From Pseudomonadota bacterium (GTDB taxonomy: Bacteria > Pseudomonadota > Gammaproteobacteria > Burkholderiales > SG8-39), in assembly GCA_025356665.1 (NCBI GenBank), contig JANXRV010000062.1:1866-65865 (forward strand): DNA of 64,000 nt, given 5' to 3'. The notes beneath the pieces were generated by a model. The model saw only the letters and a program-made list of their open reading frames with translations, was not told the origin of the DNA and did not search any database. Both the position numbers and the translations under genes were made by a program. Shown here in pieces: positions 12,801-21,578 of this stretch; positions within the stretch are counted from its first letter, which is position 1; the number at the start of each line of letters is the position of its first letter.

Positions 12801-12950
12801 CACAACCTGCACCTGCACATCCTGCACATCCGGGAAGGCCTCGATAGGCAGGTCGCTAAGGGCGCGCCATCCGGCCAGCGCGATCGCCGCGGTCATGACC
12901 AGCACGAAAATCCGCTGGTGAAGTGCAAAGGCAATCAGGCGATCAAGCAT
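9834..12950 (-). CDS. czcA: CusA/CzcA-family heavy-metal efflux RND transporter
   Basis: 1038 aa with 12-TM RND architecture. The N-terminus MLDRLIAFALHQRIFVLV...PIEAFPDVQDVQVQVVTQ is typical of the HME-RND family. It is third in a C-B-A gene order. Confidence 0.9.
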   Translation of the reverse strand: MLDRLIAFALHQRIFVLVMTAAIALAGWRALSDLPIEAFPDVQDVQVQVVTQLPGLAPEEVERTVTLPIEREMSGVPRQSQVRSVSITGLSVVTLTFAEGTDDYFARQQVLEKLGTVILPAGVQPSLGPLSTAVGEIYRYVLDAPEGMPLSEIRALQDWTIKPALRIVPGIADVVSFGGTIKEYQALVNPYALKRYSLTLDQVSAALANNSANVGGGLMRRGDEALVIRGIGLFRDVSDIGRTVVSSQGGKPVRVSDLAEVKVGEKPRSGIVAYNDRDDVIEGIVVMTKGQNASKVVERLRARVNDVNAKLPAGVRIRPTYERSDLVSHTVATVIENLAVGAALVIAILLLFLRNWRAALIVASVIPLSLLFAFILMDARGVSANLISLGAVDFGIIVDSAVVLVEALMVRLAIAQTDPNPKHSGVGWRLHELRHTAATLAHPILFSKAIIITAFLPIFTFQRVEGKIFTPVTYTLAFALLGAILLTLTLVPTLLAYAMRREDMAETHSNWMVSLQNRYRGMLEWAGRHSRKVIAASVALLVISLGFAPLLGSEFLPKLDEGNIWLTITLPPATGLDKTKEVEREVRAILRSYPEVNMVVTQVGRPDDGTDPKGPNNLEVLADLKPRGEWRFESKDALVTDMSAKIRRLPGVPTNFSQVIQDNVEEALSGAKGEIVVKLFGPDLDILESKSEQIVSILSNVRGATDVAAFKIGGQSELTITVDREKTARYGVNVSDVNNVIQTALAGNPANAFYDGDRRFDVTARLQARYRDSVDDVSDLQVALPGTGAAGGQTGAPSTIALGDIAKIEVRQGATRIAREAGGRNVAVKVNLVGRDQGSFVAEAQKRVADQIKLPPGYQITWGGQFENQQRAMARLKVVVPLSMLIIFCLLFWAFRSVRRALLVLLMVPFTLIGGIAGLGLAGLHLSVSAAVGFIAVAGISVQNGVIMVEQIMEFVRNGRPLRESIMDGAVMRLRPILMTALMAGLGLLPAALSHGIGSETQRPFAVVIVGGIVSATAFTLLLLPILYKFFADEESTG

Positions 12951-12998
12951 GTCTGTTCAGTTCGGATTAGTAGCTGGCAATGAAGAGGCGCATGCGCC

Positions 12999-14150
12999 TC
13001 AGGATCCCGAGGCAAGCTCGGAGTTGAGCAGCAACGCACCGGTGGTAACCACGCGCTCGCCCGGCTTGATGCCTTCCCCGACGTAGCTGTATTCGCGATC
13101 CTGCACCGAGAGAGTCACTTTGCGACGCTGGAACACACCCGGCTCGATTTCGACAAAGGCGAAGGCATATACGCCCTGCGTGACCAGCGCCGAATTGGGA
13201 ACGCGAACGGTCCGTTGCTTCTCGTCTGCGATCAGCGTCACCCGCGCGTACATCTCCGGCTTGAGCCGACGGTCCGGATTGCTCACCGCGCAGCGAACCT
13301 GGATGCGGCGCGTTCCGGTATCGACCACCTCGCCAACGCGCTCTATGACGGCAAGAAAGCGCTCGCCCGGGTAGGCATCCACCTCAACCGTCACCGGCAG
13401 GCCCACTTTGACCTTGCCAAGGTTGCGCTCGGGCAGGTCGATCAGCACCCACAAGTGTCGCGGATCGGTAATAACGAACAAGGGCACCTGCATGTCGGGG
13501 CGCACCTCCATGCCTGGGTTCGCCTGCCGGTCGGCGACTATGCCGGACAGCGGTGCTCGGAGTGCGAGCTGGCCGGCCTCGGTCGGTTCTGCGCGCAAAT
13601 TACGCAGGCGCAAGCGAGTGCGCACAACCTCCGCCTGTGACTGGCGTAAATCCGCATCTGCCAGTTCCAGGTCCTTGCGCGCAAGCACCTGGCCTTCAAA
13701 CAGCGTTTTGGCGCGTTCGAACGATTGCTGCTTTCTCGCCTGGTCGGCTTCCGCCTTGCGCAGGTCGGCCACGGACGCCGCAAAATCAGGAGAATCCATG
13801 ACCATCAGCGTATCACCCTGCTTAACCACATCGCCGGGCTGCGCCTTGAGGACGACAACGCGCCCCGCCACCGGCGAACTGACGCGTGCGGTGACGTTTT
13901 CGTTGTAGGTGATGCGCCCACTCAGCGGCTCGGCAAGCGGAACCGGCGCCTCCTCTGCCGGATTTATTTTCAGCGATGCCAGTTGCGGCGCGCCGCTCGG
14001 AAAGCGCAACTGACCGGGCGACAGCACGGTCGCCGGCTGCTCCGACTTGGTCGCGACTGGAGCGGCAGCCGGCTTGGTGAGAAAATAGGCACCCGAGCCT
14101 ACCGCCGCAAATACGGCGAGGCCAAGGATCACCTTCTGGGTTTTGTTCAT
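12999..14150 (-). CDS. czcB: Efflux RND periplasmic adaptor (membrane fusion protein)
   Basis: I trimmed the ORF to ATG 14150 (MNKTQKVILGLAVFAAVGSGAYF signal/anchor). The upstream 63 codons overlap czcC. It has lipoyl/beta-barrel-like repeats. Confidence 0.85.
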   Translation of the reverse strand: MNKTQKVILGLAVFAAVGSGAYFLTKPAAAPVATKSEQPATVLSPGQLRFPSGAPQLASLKINPAEEAPVPLAEPLSGRITYNENVTARVSSPVAGRVVVLKAQPGDVVKQGDTLMVMDSPDFAASVADLRKAEADQARKQQSFERAKTLFEGQVLARKDLELADADLRQSQAEVVRTRLRLRNLRAEPTEAGQLALRAPLSGIVADRQANPGMEVRPDMQVPLFVITDPRHLWVLIDLPERNLGKVKVGLPVTVEVDAYPGERFLAVIERVGEVVDTGTRRIQVRCAVSNPDRRLKPEMYARVTLIADEKQRTVRVPNSALVTQGVYAFAFVEIEPGVFQRRKVTLSVQDREYSYVGEGIKPGERVVTTGALLLNSELASGS

Positions 14151-14151
14151 T

Positions 14152-15468
14152 TCAATCTTCCTTTGTTGCCATGCCAGCTTCCCACGAAGCGAGCGCCTTG
14201 CCATAATCCGCTTGCGCGGTAACCGCATCAATCTGCGTGGCGCGAAGAATGCGCCGCGCATCAAGCAGGTCCATGATCCCCAGTGCGCCATTCTTGTAGG
14301 CAAATTCGGCTGCATCGGCGGCCCGCTTCGCCTCGCCAATCAGACTGTCGTTGTAACGGCGTACGCGCTCCGAGGCCGATTGCAGGTCGGCCCACGCCCT
14401 TGAAAGCTCGCCTGTCGCCAAGGCTCGAACGCGCTCAAGTCCGTCCCGCGTCGCGTCAAGGTCCACCTCGGCGCGACGGATCTCGCCCTCGTAGGCGTGT
14501 CTTACAAAAAGCGGCACCGAAATGGCGATCCCAAAGCTGTTGCCCGTTCCCTGCTGATTGATCTCGCTTTGCGGCCAGTGCTCGAACTGCGCACCGACCG
14601 AAACATCGCGGGTGCGCAGCCGGCGCGCAAGTTCACGTGCGCTTTCCGCGGCGGCAACACGCTCTTTTGCCGCGCGCACGTCCGGACGACGCTCGATCAG
14701 GCCGTAGTCGAATCCGCCGGGAGGCGTCGTGGCATTCGGCCACGGATCCCCGGCGCGCAGGCCCTGCGCCGACGCCTCGGCGCCAATGAGGTAGGCAAGC
14801 GCAACCTGCGCGCGCGCCCGATCTGACTCCGCAGCACGCGCGTCGTTCATCGCCCGCAACGCATCCACGCGCATGCGCGAAAGATCGGCTGCGGAGATAT
14901 CACCCGCGCGCAGTCGGCGCTCCGCGGCGTCGAGGGAGCGGTCGAACAGCGCCGCGGTATCGCTAAGGATGGTCGCCTTTTCCTGAGCCAGCCCAAGATC
15001 GTAATAGGCGTAGCGCAGCGCCTGACGTTGCTGGCGCAGCGTATCCAGATAATCAGCATCGACGGCCGCCTCCAGTGTGCGCGCTGTTTTTACGCGCAAT
15101 TCACGTTTGTCCCCGCGTTCAATCAACTGGTCGATACGGACCGTCGTGTCGACGGTCTTTTCGCGCAAGCCACCGGCACCAACACCGAAGCGCGGATTGA
15201 TATTGGCCGTCTGCAGCGTGAGATTGGGATTGGGCGCCCTGTCGACTGTGGTCGAGTCGGCGCGGGCCGCCTCCTGGGCCCGGCGCGCGGCCTGCAGATC
15301 CCGGTTTTTCGCGAGCATCATGCGCTGCGCCTCGGCCAGTGACAGGTCAATGTTCGCGCGTCCAAGGCCCGTGGCCTGCGCATACACGCTGGCTGCAGGC
15401 GCCGCTAACAGCAGCGCAAGCGCAAAAAAAACCTGTAGGCTCCGCATCGGGCGTGTAAATCCTGTCAT
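14152..15468 (-). CDS. czcC: TolC-family outer membrane efflux protein
   Basis: 438 aa with a signal peptide (ALALLLAAPAASVYAQ) and two OEP-type repeats. It directly abuts the adaptor gene. Confidence 0.85.
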   Translation of the reverse strand: MTGFTRPMRSLQVFFALALLLAAPAASVYAQATGLGRANIDLSLAEAQRMMLAKNRDLQAARRAQEAARADSTTVDRAPNPNLTLQTANINPRFGVGAGGLREKTVDTTVRIDQLIERGDKRELRVKTARTLEAAVDADYLDTLRQQRQALRYAYYDLGLAQEKATILSDTAALFDRSLDAAERRLRAGDISAADLSRMRVDALRAMNDARAAESDRARAQVALAYLIGAEASAQGLRAGDPWPNATTPPGGFDYGLIERRPDVRAAKERVAAAESARELARRLRTRDVSVGAQFEHWPQSEINQQGTGNSFGIAISVPLFVRHAYEGEIRRAEVDLDATRDGLERVRALATGELSRAWADLQSASERVRRYNDSLIGEAKRAADAAEFAYKNGALGIMDLLDARRILRATQIDAVTAQADYGKALASWEAGMATKED

Positions 15469-15578
15469 TGCAAGCTTGCCTCAACACCGTGTTTGGAAAA
15501 CAATGCCGCACTCTAGACATCAAACCTGTCATTTACCTTTCAAAACCCTGTTTTTCCACGGAAGTACGCTCTAAACAA

Positions 15579-16259
15579 ATGGGTCTGCGCATTCTTATCG
15601 TCGAAGACGACGCCGTGCTCGCCGACGGCATGAGCAGCGCGTTGCGCAAATATGGCTACGTCGTCGACTGCCTCTCCGACGGCGCGCATGCCGACCAGGC
15701 CCTCACGACGGAAGACTACGACCTCGCCATCCTCGACATCGGCCTGCCGCGCATGGACGGCTTTGAGGTGTTGCAGCGCCTGCGTGCGCGCAAGCTGAAA
15801 ATGCCCGTGCTGGTGCTGACGGCGCGCGATGAACTGGCCGACCGGGTCAAGGGGCTTAACCTCGGCGCGGATGACTACGTCATCAAGCCGTTCGAACTGG
15901 TCGAACTGGAGGCGCGCATACGCGCCCTCATCCGTCGCAGCATGGGCGAAGCCTCGCCCGCCCTCGAAATCGGCGGCCTCACCCTGGATATGGCCGCAAG
16001 GCGTGTCCTGCTCGATGAAAAAACACTAGACCTTACGGCGCGCGAGTTCGGTGTGCTGGAAATCCTGATGAGCCGCGCCGGCCGCGTCGTCAGCAAGGAA
16101 CAACTCAACGAGCGGCTCGCCGGCGGCGCCGAAGATCTGGCGGAAAACGCCATTGAGGTCTATGTTTCGAGGCTGCGCAAAAAAATCAACGGCGCCAGGG
16201 TCACCATCCGCACCGTACGCGGTTTCGGCTACCTGCTCGAGCCCGTGCCAGGCGGCTGA
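15579..16259 (+). CDS. OmpR-family response regulator
   Basis: I trimmed to ATG 15579 (MGLRILIVEDD). Receiver Asp in DLAILDIGLPRMDG and a winged-helix C-terminus (IRTVRGFGYLL). It is divergent from czcC. Confidence 0.9.
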   Translation: MGLRILIVEDDAVLADGMSSALRKYGYVVDCLSDGAHADQALTTEDYDLAILDIGLPRMDGFEVLQRLRARKLKMPVLVLTARDELADRVKGLNLGADDYVIKPFELVELEARIRALIRRSMGEASPALEIGGLTLDMAARRVLLDEKTLDLTAREFGVLEILMSRAGRVVSKEQLNERLAGGAEDLAENAIEVYVSRLRKKINGARVTIRTVRGFGYLLEPVPGG

Positions 16260-16261
16260 CC

Positions 16262-17644
16262 ATGCCTGCGGCCCCAACCCTCAGCCTGCGCCGCCAACTG
16301 CTGTTGCGACTGCTGGTGCCGCTGGCCGCGCTGTTTTGCATAGGCGCCGCGGCTTCTTACTATATCGCCCTCGGCTTTGCCAACAACGCCTACGACCGCG
16401 CGCTGTACGACTCGGCGCGCGCGCTGGCGCAGCAGATCAAGGTGGTCAACGACCACCCCGTGGTCGACCTGCCGCGCGCCGCACTGGAAATGTTCGAATG
16501 GGACGACCTGGACACCACTTACTACCGCATCAGTTCGGCGAGCGAAGGCTTTCTTTTCGGGCACAAGGCGATGCCCGACTCACCAAAGGCCTTCGGCGAC
16601 GATGCCCGCGCCCATTACTACGATGGCAGCATGCTCGACCAGAAGGTGCGCGTTGTAGCCCTGCACCTGCCTGTGGGGCCGAACGGTTCGCCGGTGAACG
16701 TGCAGGTGGCTGAAACGCGCAACAAGCGCATTCACCTCGCAAACGACATCCTGTTGACACTGGTGCTGCCGCAATTGTTGCTGATCGCCATGGCCGGCGC
16801 ACTGGTCTGGTTTGGTGTGAGTAGCGGGCTTGGTCCATTGCTGCTGCTGGAGAAGGAGATCGCCACACGCACGCACCGCGACCTGTCGCCGCTGCCCGAT
16901 CACAGCGTACCGGCCGAGGCGCTGCCCCTCACCCATGCCATCAACAACCTGATGCAACGCCTGGGTCAGACCCTGTCGGTGCAGCACCGTTTTATCGCCG
17001 ACGCCGCACACCAGCTGCGCACCCCCATAGCCGGCCTCAAGATTCAGATCGAGCGCGCGCTCTTATCCACCGACATGGACGAGATCCGCCCGGCCTTGGG
17101 CCAGTTGCAAACCTCGGCCGAGCGCATCGCACACCTGTCAAACCAGTTGCTGACCCTCGCACGCGCCGAGCCAGGGGCAAGCGACGAGACGCGTTTTACC
17201 GATATCGACCTCAATGCGATTGCGCGCGAGACCGGTATGCTCTGGGTGCCGCGCGCGATCGAGCGCAACATCGACCTTGGCTTTTCCGGCAGCGACCGGC
17301 CGGCGCACATTCGCGGCGACGTGCTTTTGCTGCAGGAACTCATCTCCAACCTCATCGACAATGCCGTGCGTTACGGCCGCGATGGCGGCAGCATCACCGT
17401 TTTGGTTACGGCACGGCCGGTGCCGCAACTCATCATCGATGACGACGGGCCGGGAATTCCTGAACAGGAGCGGGGCAAGGTGTTCGAACGCTTCTACCGC
17501 ATGCCGGGCAGCCCGGGGGGTGGATCCGGACTGGGCCTTGCCATCGTGCGCGAGATCGCACAAGCGCACGGAGCCGAATTGCAGCTTGAAAAGCCCGAAG
17601 GCGGGACCGGAACCCGCGTTCGCATCACCTTCGCGCGCGCTTAA
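16262..17644 (+). CDS. Two-component sensor histidine kinase
   Basis: 460 aa. H-box FIADAAHQLRTP, N-box LIDNAVRYG, G-boxes DDDGPGIP and GSGLGLAIV. It starts 3 nt after the regulator gene. Confidence 0.9.
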   Translation: MPAAPTLSLRRQLLLRLLVPLAALFCIGAAASYYIALGFANNAYDRALYDSARALAQQIKVVNDHPVVDLPRAALEMFEWDDLDTTYYRISSASEGFLFGHKAMPDSPKAFGDDARAHYYDGSMLDQKVRVVALHLPVGPNGSPVNVQVAETRNKRIHLANDILLTLVLPQLLLIAMAGALVWFGVSSGLGPLLLLEKEIATRTHRDLSPLPDHSVPAEALPLTHAINNLMQRLGQTLSVQHRFIADAAHQLRTPIAGLKIQIERALLSTDMDEIRPALGQLQTSAERIAHLSNQLLTLARAEPGASDETRFTDIDLNAIARETGMLWVPRAIERNIDLGFSGSDRPAHIRGDVLLLQELISNLIDNAVRYGRDGGSITVLVTARPVPQLIIDDDGPGIPEQERGKVFERFYRMPGSPGGGSGLGLAIVREIAQAHGAELQLEKPEGGTGTRVRITFARA

Positions 17645-17656
17645 ACGGAACACACC

Positions 17657-18691
17657 ATGCTGGTATTGGGCATAGAAACCTCCTGCGACGAAACCGGTGT
17701 CGCCCTTTACGACACCGCGCGCGCGGGCGACACCCCCCTGGCAGGGCTGCTCGGGCACGCCATCCATTCGCAGGTCGCGATGCACAACGAATACGGCGGC
17801 GTCGTGCCCGAACTGGCTTCGCGCGACCACATCCGGCGCGTTCTGCCCCTGGTGCGCAAAATCGCCGCCGAAGCCGGCGTCGGCATAAACAATATCGAGG
17901 CCGTCGCCTACACCCAGGGTCCGGGCCTCTCCGGCGCCCTGCTGGTCGGCGCTGCGGTGGCGGCGGCGCTCGCCTACGGCCTGGGGGTTCGGGCCGTGCC
18001 GGTGCATCACCTTGAGGGTCATCTGCTCTCGCCGCTGCTGTCACGCGATCCGCCGTCCTTCCCCTTTGTCGCCCTGCTCGTCTCGGGCGGACACACGCAA
18101 TTGATGCGTGTTGCCGCAGTCGGCGACTACACGCTGCTTGGCGAAACGCTCGATGACGCCGCCGGCGAAGCCTTCGACAAAAGCGCGAAGCTGCTCGGGC
18201 TGCCCTACCCCGGCGGACCGGCGCTTTCGCAACTCGCCCAATCGGGCAAAACCGGGCGCTTTCGCCTGCCCCGTCCGATGCAAAAAAGCCGGGATCTGGA
18301 TTTCAGCTTCAGCGGACTGAAGACGGCGGTGATGCTGGCGGCAAGGGCACCCGGATTTGGCGAGGCCGACCGCCCGGACCTCGCACGCGCAGTCGAGGAG
18401 GCCATCGTCGACGTGCTGGTTTCAAAATCGCTCGCCGCGCTGGAACAAGCGGGCATGGACAGTCTTGTGGTGGCCGGCGGCGTCGGCGCAAACCGTCATC
18501 TGCGCGTCACGCTGAACGCCGCTGCGGCCCGGCTCGGCGCCCGGGTCTATTACCCGGAAATGGAGTTATGCACCGACAACGGTGCCATGATCGCGCTGGT
18601 GGGCGCGCTACGGCTTCAGGCTGGCACCGCCTCGGTAAATCCGTCGCGCGGATTTACCGTCAAGCCCCGCTGGGATCTCGCCTCGCTGTAA
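17657..18691 (+). CDS. tsaD: tRNA N6-adenosine threonylcarbamoyltransferase
   Basis: 344 aa, [19 protein letters not shown]...[10 protein letters not shown]...LVSGGHTQL. Confidence 0.95.
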   Translation: MLVLGIETSCDETGVALYDTARAGDTPLAGLLGHAIHSQVAMHNEYGGVVPELASRDHIRRVLPLVRKIAAEAGVGINNIEAVAYTQGPGLSGALLVGAAVAAALAYGLGVRAVPVHHLEGHLLSPLLSRDPPSFPFVALLVSGGHTQLMRVAAVGDYTLLGETLDDAAGEAFDKSAKLLGLPYPGGPALSQLAQSGKTGRFRLPRPMQKSRDLDFSFSGLKTAVMLAARAPGFGEADRPDLARAVEEAIVDVLVSKSLAALEQAGMDSLVVAGGVGANRHLRVTLNAAAARLGARVYYPEMELCTDNGAMIALVGALRLQAGTASVNPSRGFTVKPRWDLASL

Positions 18692-18762
18692 ACAGCGACC
18701 GCCATCGCCCCCCATAACACTTGGGCAAAGGGGCACGGGGGCACGGGGGCAAGACTATCGAA

Positions 18763-19383
18763 TCAACGCGGATCGCCGGCCTTTTGCTTTTGGCCGATGC
18801 GGCTTTCCTGTCCGGCCAGCAACTTGCGGAGGTTAGCCTCATGCCGCCACACCAGCAGCAAGGAGACGCCCAGCACCGCAGCCGTGTAAGGCGACAAGCC
18901 GAACCACCAGAAGGTGCACAGGGGCGCAAACACGGCGGCAATGATGGCGGCCAGAGACGAGATGCGCAAGAACACCGCGATCATGACCCATGTCGCAAGC
19001 GTGGCCAGACCCAGCCACGCATTGATCGCCAGCAGGATGCCCAGTGCCGTTGCGACCCCCTTGCCGCCCTTGAACATAAAGTAAAGCGGGAAAAGATGGC
19101 CGATGAACACGGCCAAGGCAACCGCCGCGACGGTGCCCTCAGCCAGACCGTACCCAGGTGCAAACAACAGCGCCAGCATGACCGCAAGCCAGCCCTTGCC
19201 CGCGTCACCGGCCAGCGTCAGCACTGCGGCGAGTTTGCTGCCGCTGCGCAGCACGTTGGTCGCCCCGGGGTTGCCAGACCCGTAGCTGTGCGGATCGGGC
19301 AGGCCGAAAGCCTTGCTGACAATCACGGCGAAGGATAGCGATCCGATCAGGTAGGCGACAAGAACAAATACAGCAGTCAGCAT
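18763..19383 (-). CDS. plsY: Glycerol-3-phosphate acyltransferase PlsY
   Basis: 206 aa, an integral membrane protein. [14 protein letters not shown]...[12 protein letters not shown] is the PlsY signature. Confidence 0.93.
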   Translation of the reverse strand: MLTAVFVLVAYLIGSLSFAVIVSKAFGLPDPHSYGSGNPGATNVLRSGSKLAAVLTLAGDAGKGWLAVMLALLFAPGYGLAEGTVAAVALAVFIGHLFPLYFMFKGGKGVATALGILLAINAWLGLATLATWVMIAVFLRISSLAAIIAAVFAPLCTFWWFGLSPYTAAVLGVSLLLVWRHEANLRKLLAGQESRIGQKQKAGDPR

Positions 19384-19470
19384 GTTTCTGGTACCGTTAA
19401 AAATGCCTTGGGGGAATACGTAAACACGCGCGACAAGCCTTCAATCCATGCCCGCAGCAACGACACTTGC

Positions 19471-19524
19471 CACACATGCCACACATGCCACGCACGCCAC
19501 ACATACCAGGCGTACCAGGCGCAC
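19471..19524. repeat. Six-unit 9-bp tandem repeat in the plsY/folB divergent spacer
   Basis: CACACATGC CACACATGC CACGCACGC CACACATAC CAGGCGTAC CAGGCGCAC. Confidence 0.85.
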
Positions 19525-19651
19525 ATTGGCGATTGCCCGGGCGCTTACAGCCATATAGTCCGCACATAAAATCCGGCGTCGGCACTTGCAGTCAAAGCTA
19601 CAATGCAAGCGCCGCATTTTAACTTGTTAGAGCCCCGGGCCGCTTCCCCAT

Positions 19652-20008
19652 ATGGACATCATCTTCATCCGCGAACTCAGGCTCAACGCCTGGGTCGGCA
19701 TTTACAAGCGCGAAAAACTGGCGCCGCAACCGGTACAACTGGACATCGAAATCGGTGTCCCGACCGCGGTCTTCAAAACCGAACGCGTTGCCGACACCAT
19801 TGACTACGCGGTGGTGGTGGAACGCCTTCGCCAACTTTTCGCCGACACCCGCTTCGGGCTTGTGGAAAACATGGCCGAACGCATCGCCACTATCATCATT
19901 GACGACATGAACGCGCCATGGGTCAAGGTCAGCGTCGGAAAAATCGGCATCGTCAAAGAAGCCAAGCGGGTCGGTGTCACGATAGAGCGCAGCCGGAAAA
20001 TCGCTTGA
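19652..20008 (+). CDS. folB: Dihydroneopterin aldolase
   Basis: 118 aa, MDIIFIRELRLNAWVGIYKREK...QLDIEIG...DTIDYAVV. Confidence 0.88.
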   Translation: MDIIFIRELRLNAWVGIYKREKLAPQPVQLDIEIGVPTAVFKTERVADTIDYAVVVERLRQLFADTRFGLVENMAERIATIIIDDMNAPWVKVSVGKIGIVKEAKRVGVTIERSRKIA

Positions 20009-20226
20009 GCGCTGCGAACGAATTTCAATCATAAGCTGGAAACGCCCTACTGGCGGGCATTTCCAGTCATTACTGAAAAACCACGCCAGCAAAAAGTTTC
20101 CAGCTATCGGCATGTTTGAGACGCGTGCCGAGGCAGAGCTATGGCGTGGCTTTGGGCGGCGCCATGCCCTTTGGTAAGCAATAGCCACATCTGTCCCCAG
20201 GAGCGCGTTCGCCGCGTACTATTTTT

Positions 20227-20521
20227 GTCATTGCGAGCGCAGCAATCCCGTCGTCCTTGTGACCGCCGTCGCAATACCACAAGATTGCCGCGTCGGCTTC
20301 GCCTCCTCGCAATGACATGGATTTTTGTCATTGCGCGCGCAGCAATCCCGTTGTCCTTGTGAGCGCCGTCGCACTACCACAAGGTTGCCGCGTCGGCTTC
20401 GCCTCCTCGCAATGACATGGATTTTTGTCATTGCGAGCGCAGCGAAGCAATCCCGTCGTCCTTGTGACCGCTGTCGCAATACCACAAGATTGCCGCGTCG
20501 GCTTCGCCTCCTCGCAATGAC
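20227..20521. repeat. Three head-to-tail copies (100-bp period) of a palindromic element bounded by GTCATTGCGAG...CTCGCAATGAC
   Basis: Copies lie at 20227-20316, 20327-20416 and 20427-20521. Each has 11-bp terminal inverted repeats plus internal complementary arms (GCAATC.../...GATTGC). Confidence 0.95.
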
Positions 20522-20650
20522 ATGTGTTATACCCCGGGTATTGCATTCGGTTGTTGTATGGCAATGGCTGGAAAGCCCAGTAAAGGGTTTCCAGCGAGCA
20601 ATTGCAATCCGGCAGCGCGACCTCCACCGCCACCGTCTGCAGCACCCATG

Positions 20651-21574
20651 TCAGCCCCGCGGATGATGTTTCTGGTGCAACAGCTTGAGCCGCTCGCGCG
20701 CCACATGCGTGTAGATTTGTGTCGTCGATATGTCCGAGTGACCCAGCAGCATCTGCACCACGCGCAGGTCGGCACCGTGGTTGATTAGATGCGTGGCAAA
20801 GGCATGCCGCAGTGTATGTGGCGACACCAGCTTGCCCGGGATCGCCGTCGCTGCGTGGCGCTTGAGCAAATACCAGAAAGCCTGGCGCGTCATCGCCTCA
20901 CCGCGTCCGGTGACAAACACCGCGTCCGATTGCCGCCCCTTGAGCAGATCCGGGCGCGCCCCGACCATGTAGCGGTTGATCCAGTCGAGGGCCTCTTCTC
21001 CCAGCGGCACCAAGCGCTCCTTCGCGCCTTTGCCAAACACACGCACCACCCCCATGTCGAGGCTCACCTCGGCTATCTTCAATGCCACCAGCTCGGAAAC
21101 ACGCAAGCCGCTGGCGTAAAGCACTTCGAGCATGCTGCGGTCGCGCAGGCCCAGCGTGGTCTCCACCTGCGGCGCGCCAAGCAAGGCCTCAACGTCCGCC
21201 TCGGTCAGCGTTTTGGGAAAGCGCGGCGGCTTTTTCGGCGAGTCGAGCCTGGCCGTCGGGTCCGCAACAATACGATTGGCGCGCAAAGCAAAATGATAAA
21301 AGCGCTTGAGGCTGGAATGCAGCCGCGCCTGGGTGCTGGCCTTGACGACGCCGCGCGGCCCGGCGCCGACAGCCTTGCTTTTGCGCGCGGCAAGGTAGTT
21401 CGCGATATCCGCCTCCCCCGCCTCGAGCAGCGTCCTCCCGGTGTTGGCCGCGACCCATTGGGCAAACTGGCGCAGGTCACGACGATAAGATTCCAGCGTA
21501 TTCTTGGACAGCCCGTCCTCTAGCCAGAGCTGGTCGCCAAATTCATCCAGCAGCGCGCTGTCGCCGTCCTTCAT
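20651..21574 (-). CDS. xerD: Site-specific tyrosine recombinase XerD
   Basis: 307 aa. N-terminus LLDEFGDQLWLEDGLSKNTLESYRRDL and C-terminal catalytic HTLRHAFATHLINHGADLRVVQMLLGHSDISTTQIYTHV. Confidence 0.9.
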   Translation of the reverse strand: MKDGDSALLDEFGDQLWLEDGLSKNTLESYRRDLRQFAQWVAANTGRTLLEAGEADIANYLAARKSKAVGAGPRGVVKASTQARLHSSLKRFYHFALRANRIVADPTARLDSPKKPPRFPKTLTEADVEALLGAPQVETTLGLRDRSMLEVLYASGLRVSELVALKIAEVSLDMGVVRVFGKGAKERLVPLGEEALDWINRYMVGARPDLLKGRQSDAVFVTGRGEAMTRQAFWYLLKRHAATAIPGKLVSPHTLRHAFATHLINHGADLRVVQMLLGHSDISTTQIYTHVARERLKLLHQKHHPRG

Positions 21575-21578
21575 GGAC

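Noticed and set aside
9834-17644. czcCBA plus two-component system as a mobile metal-resistance island.
   Set aside because: There are no transposase, integrase, flanking repeats or compositional shift. The arrangement is an ordinary chromosomal RND efflux locus.
20227-20521. Possible CRISPR array, because the repeats are regularly spaced.
   Set aside because: The 100-bp period consists almost entirely of the repeat unit itself, with only about 10 bp of constant linker. There are no unique spacers and no cas genes, and the unit is a long hairpin also found singly elsewhere.
20141-20666. Cluster of 73-113-aa ORFs on both strands (peptides such as CHCEEAKPTRQSCGIATAVTRTTGLL).
   Set aside because: They are read-through translations of the tandem GTCATTGCGAG palindromic element. 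The same peptides arise wherever the repeat occurs, and on both strands.
20651-21574. Tyrosine recombinase as a marker of a prophage or integrative island next to the repeat array.
   Set aside because: The sequence has the XerD-specific N-terminal and C-terminal motifs and sits in a housekeeping context (ogt, folB). No phage, transfer or att-like features are nearby.
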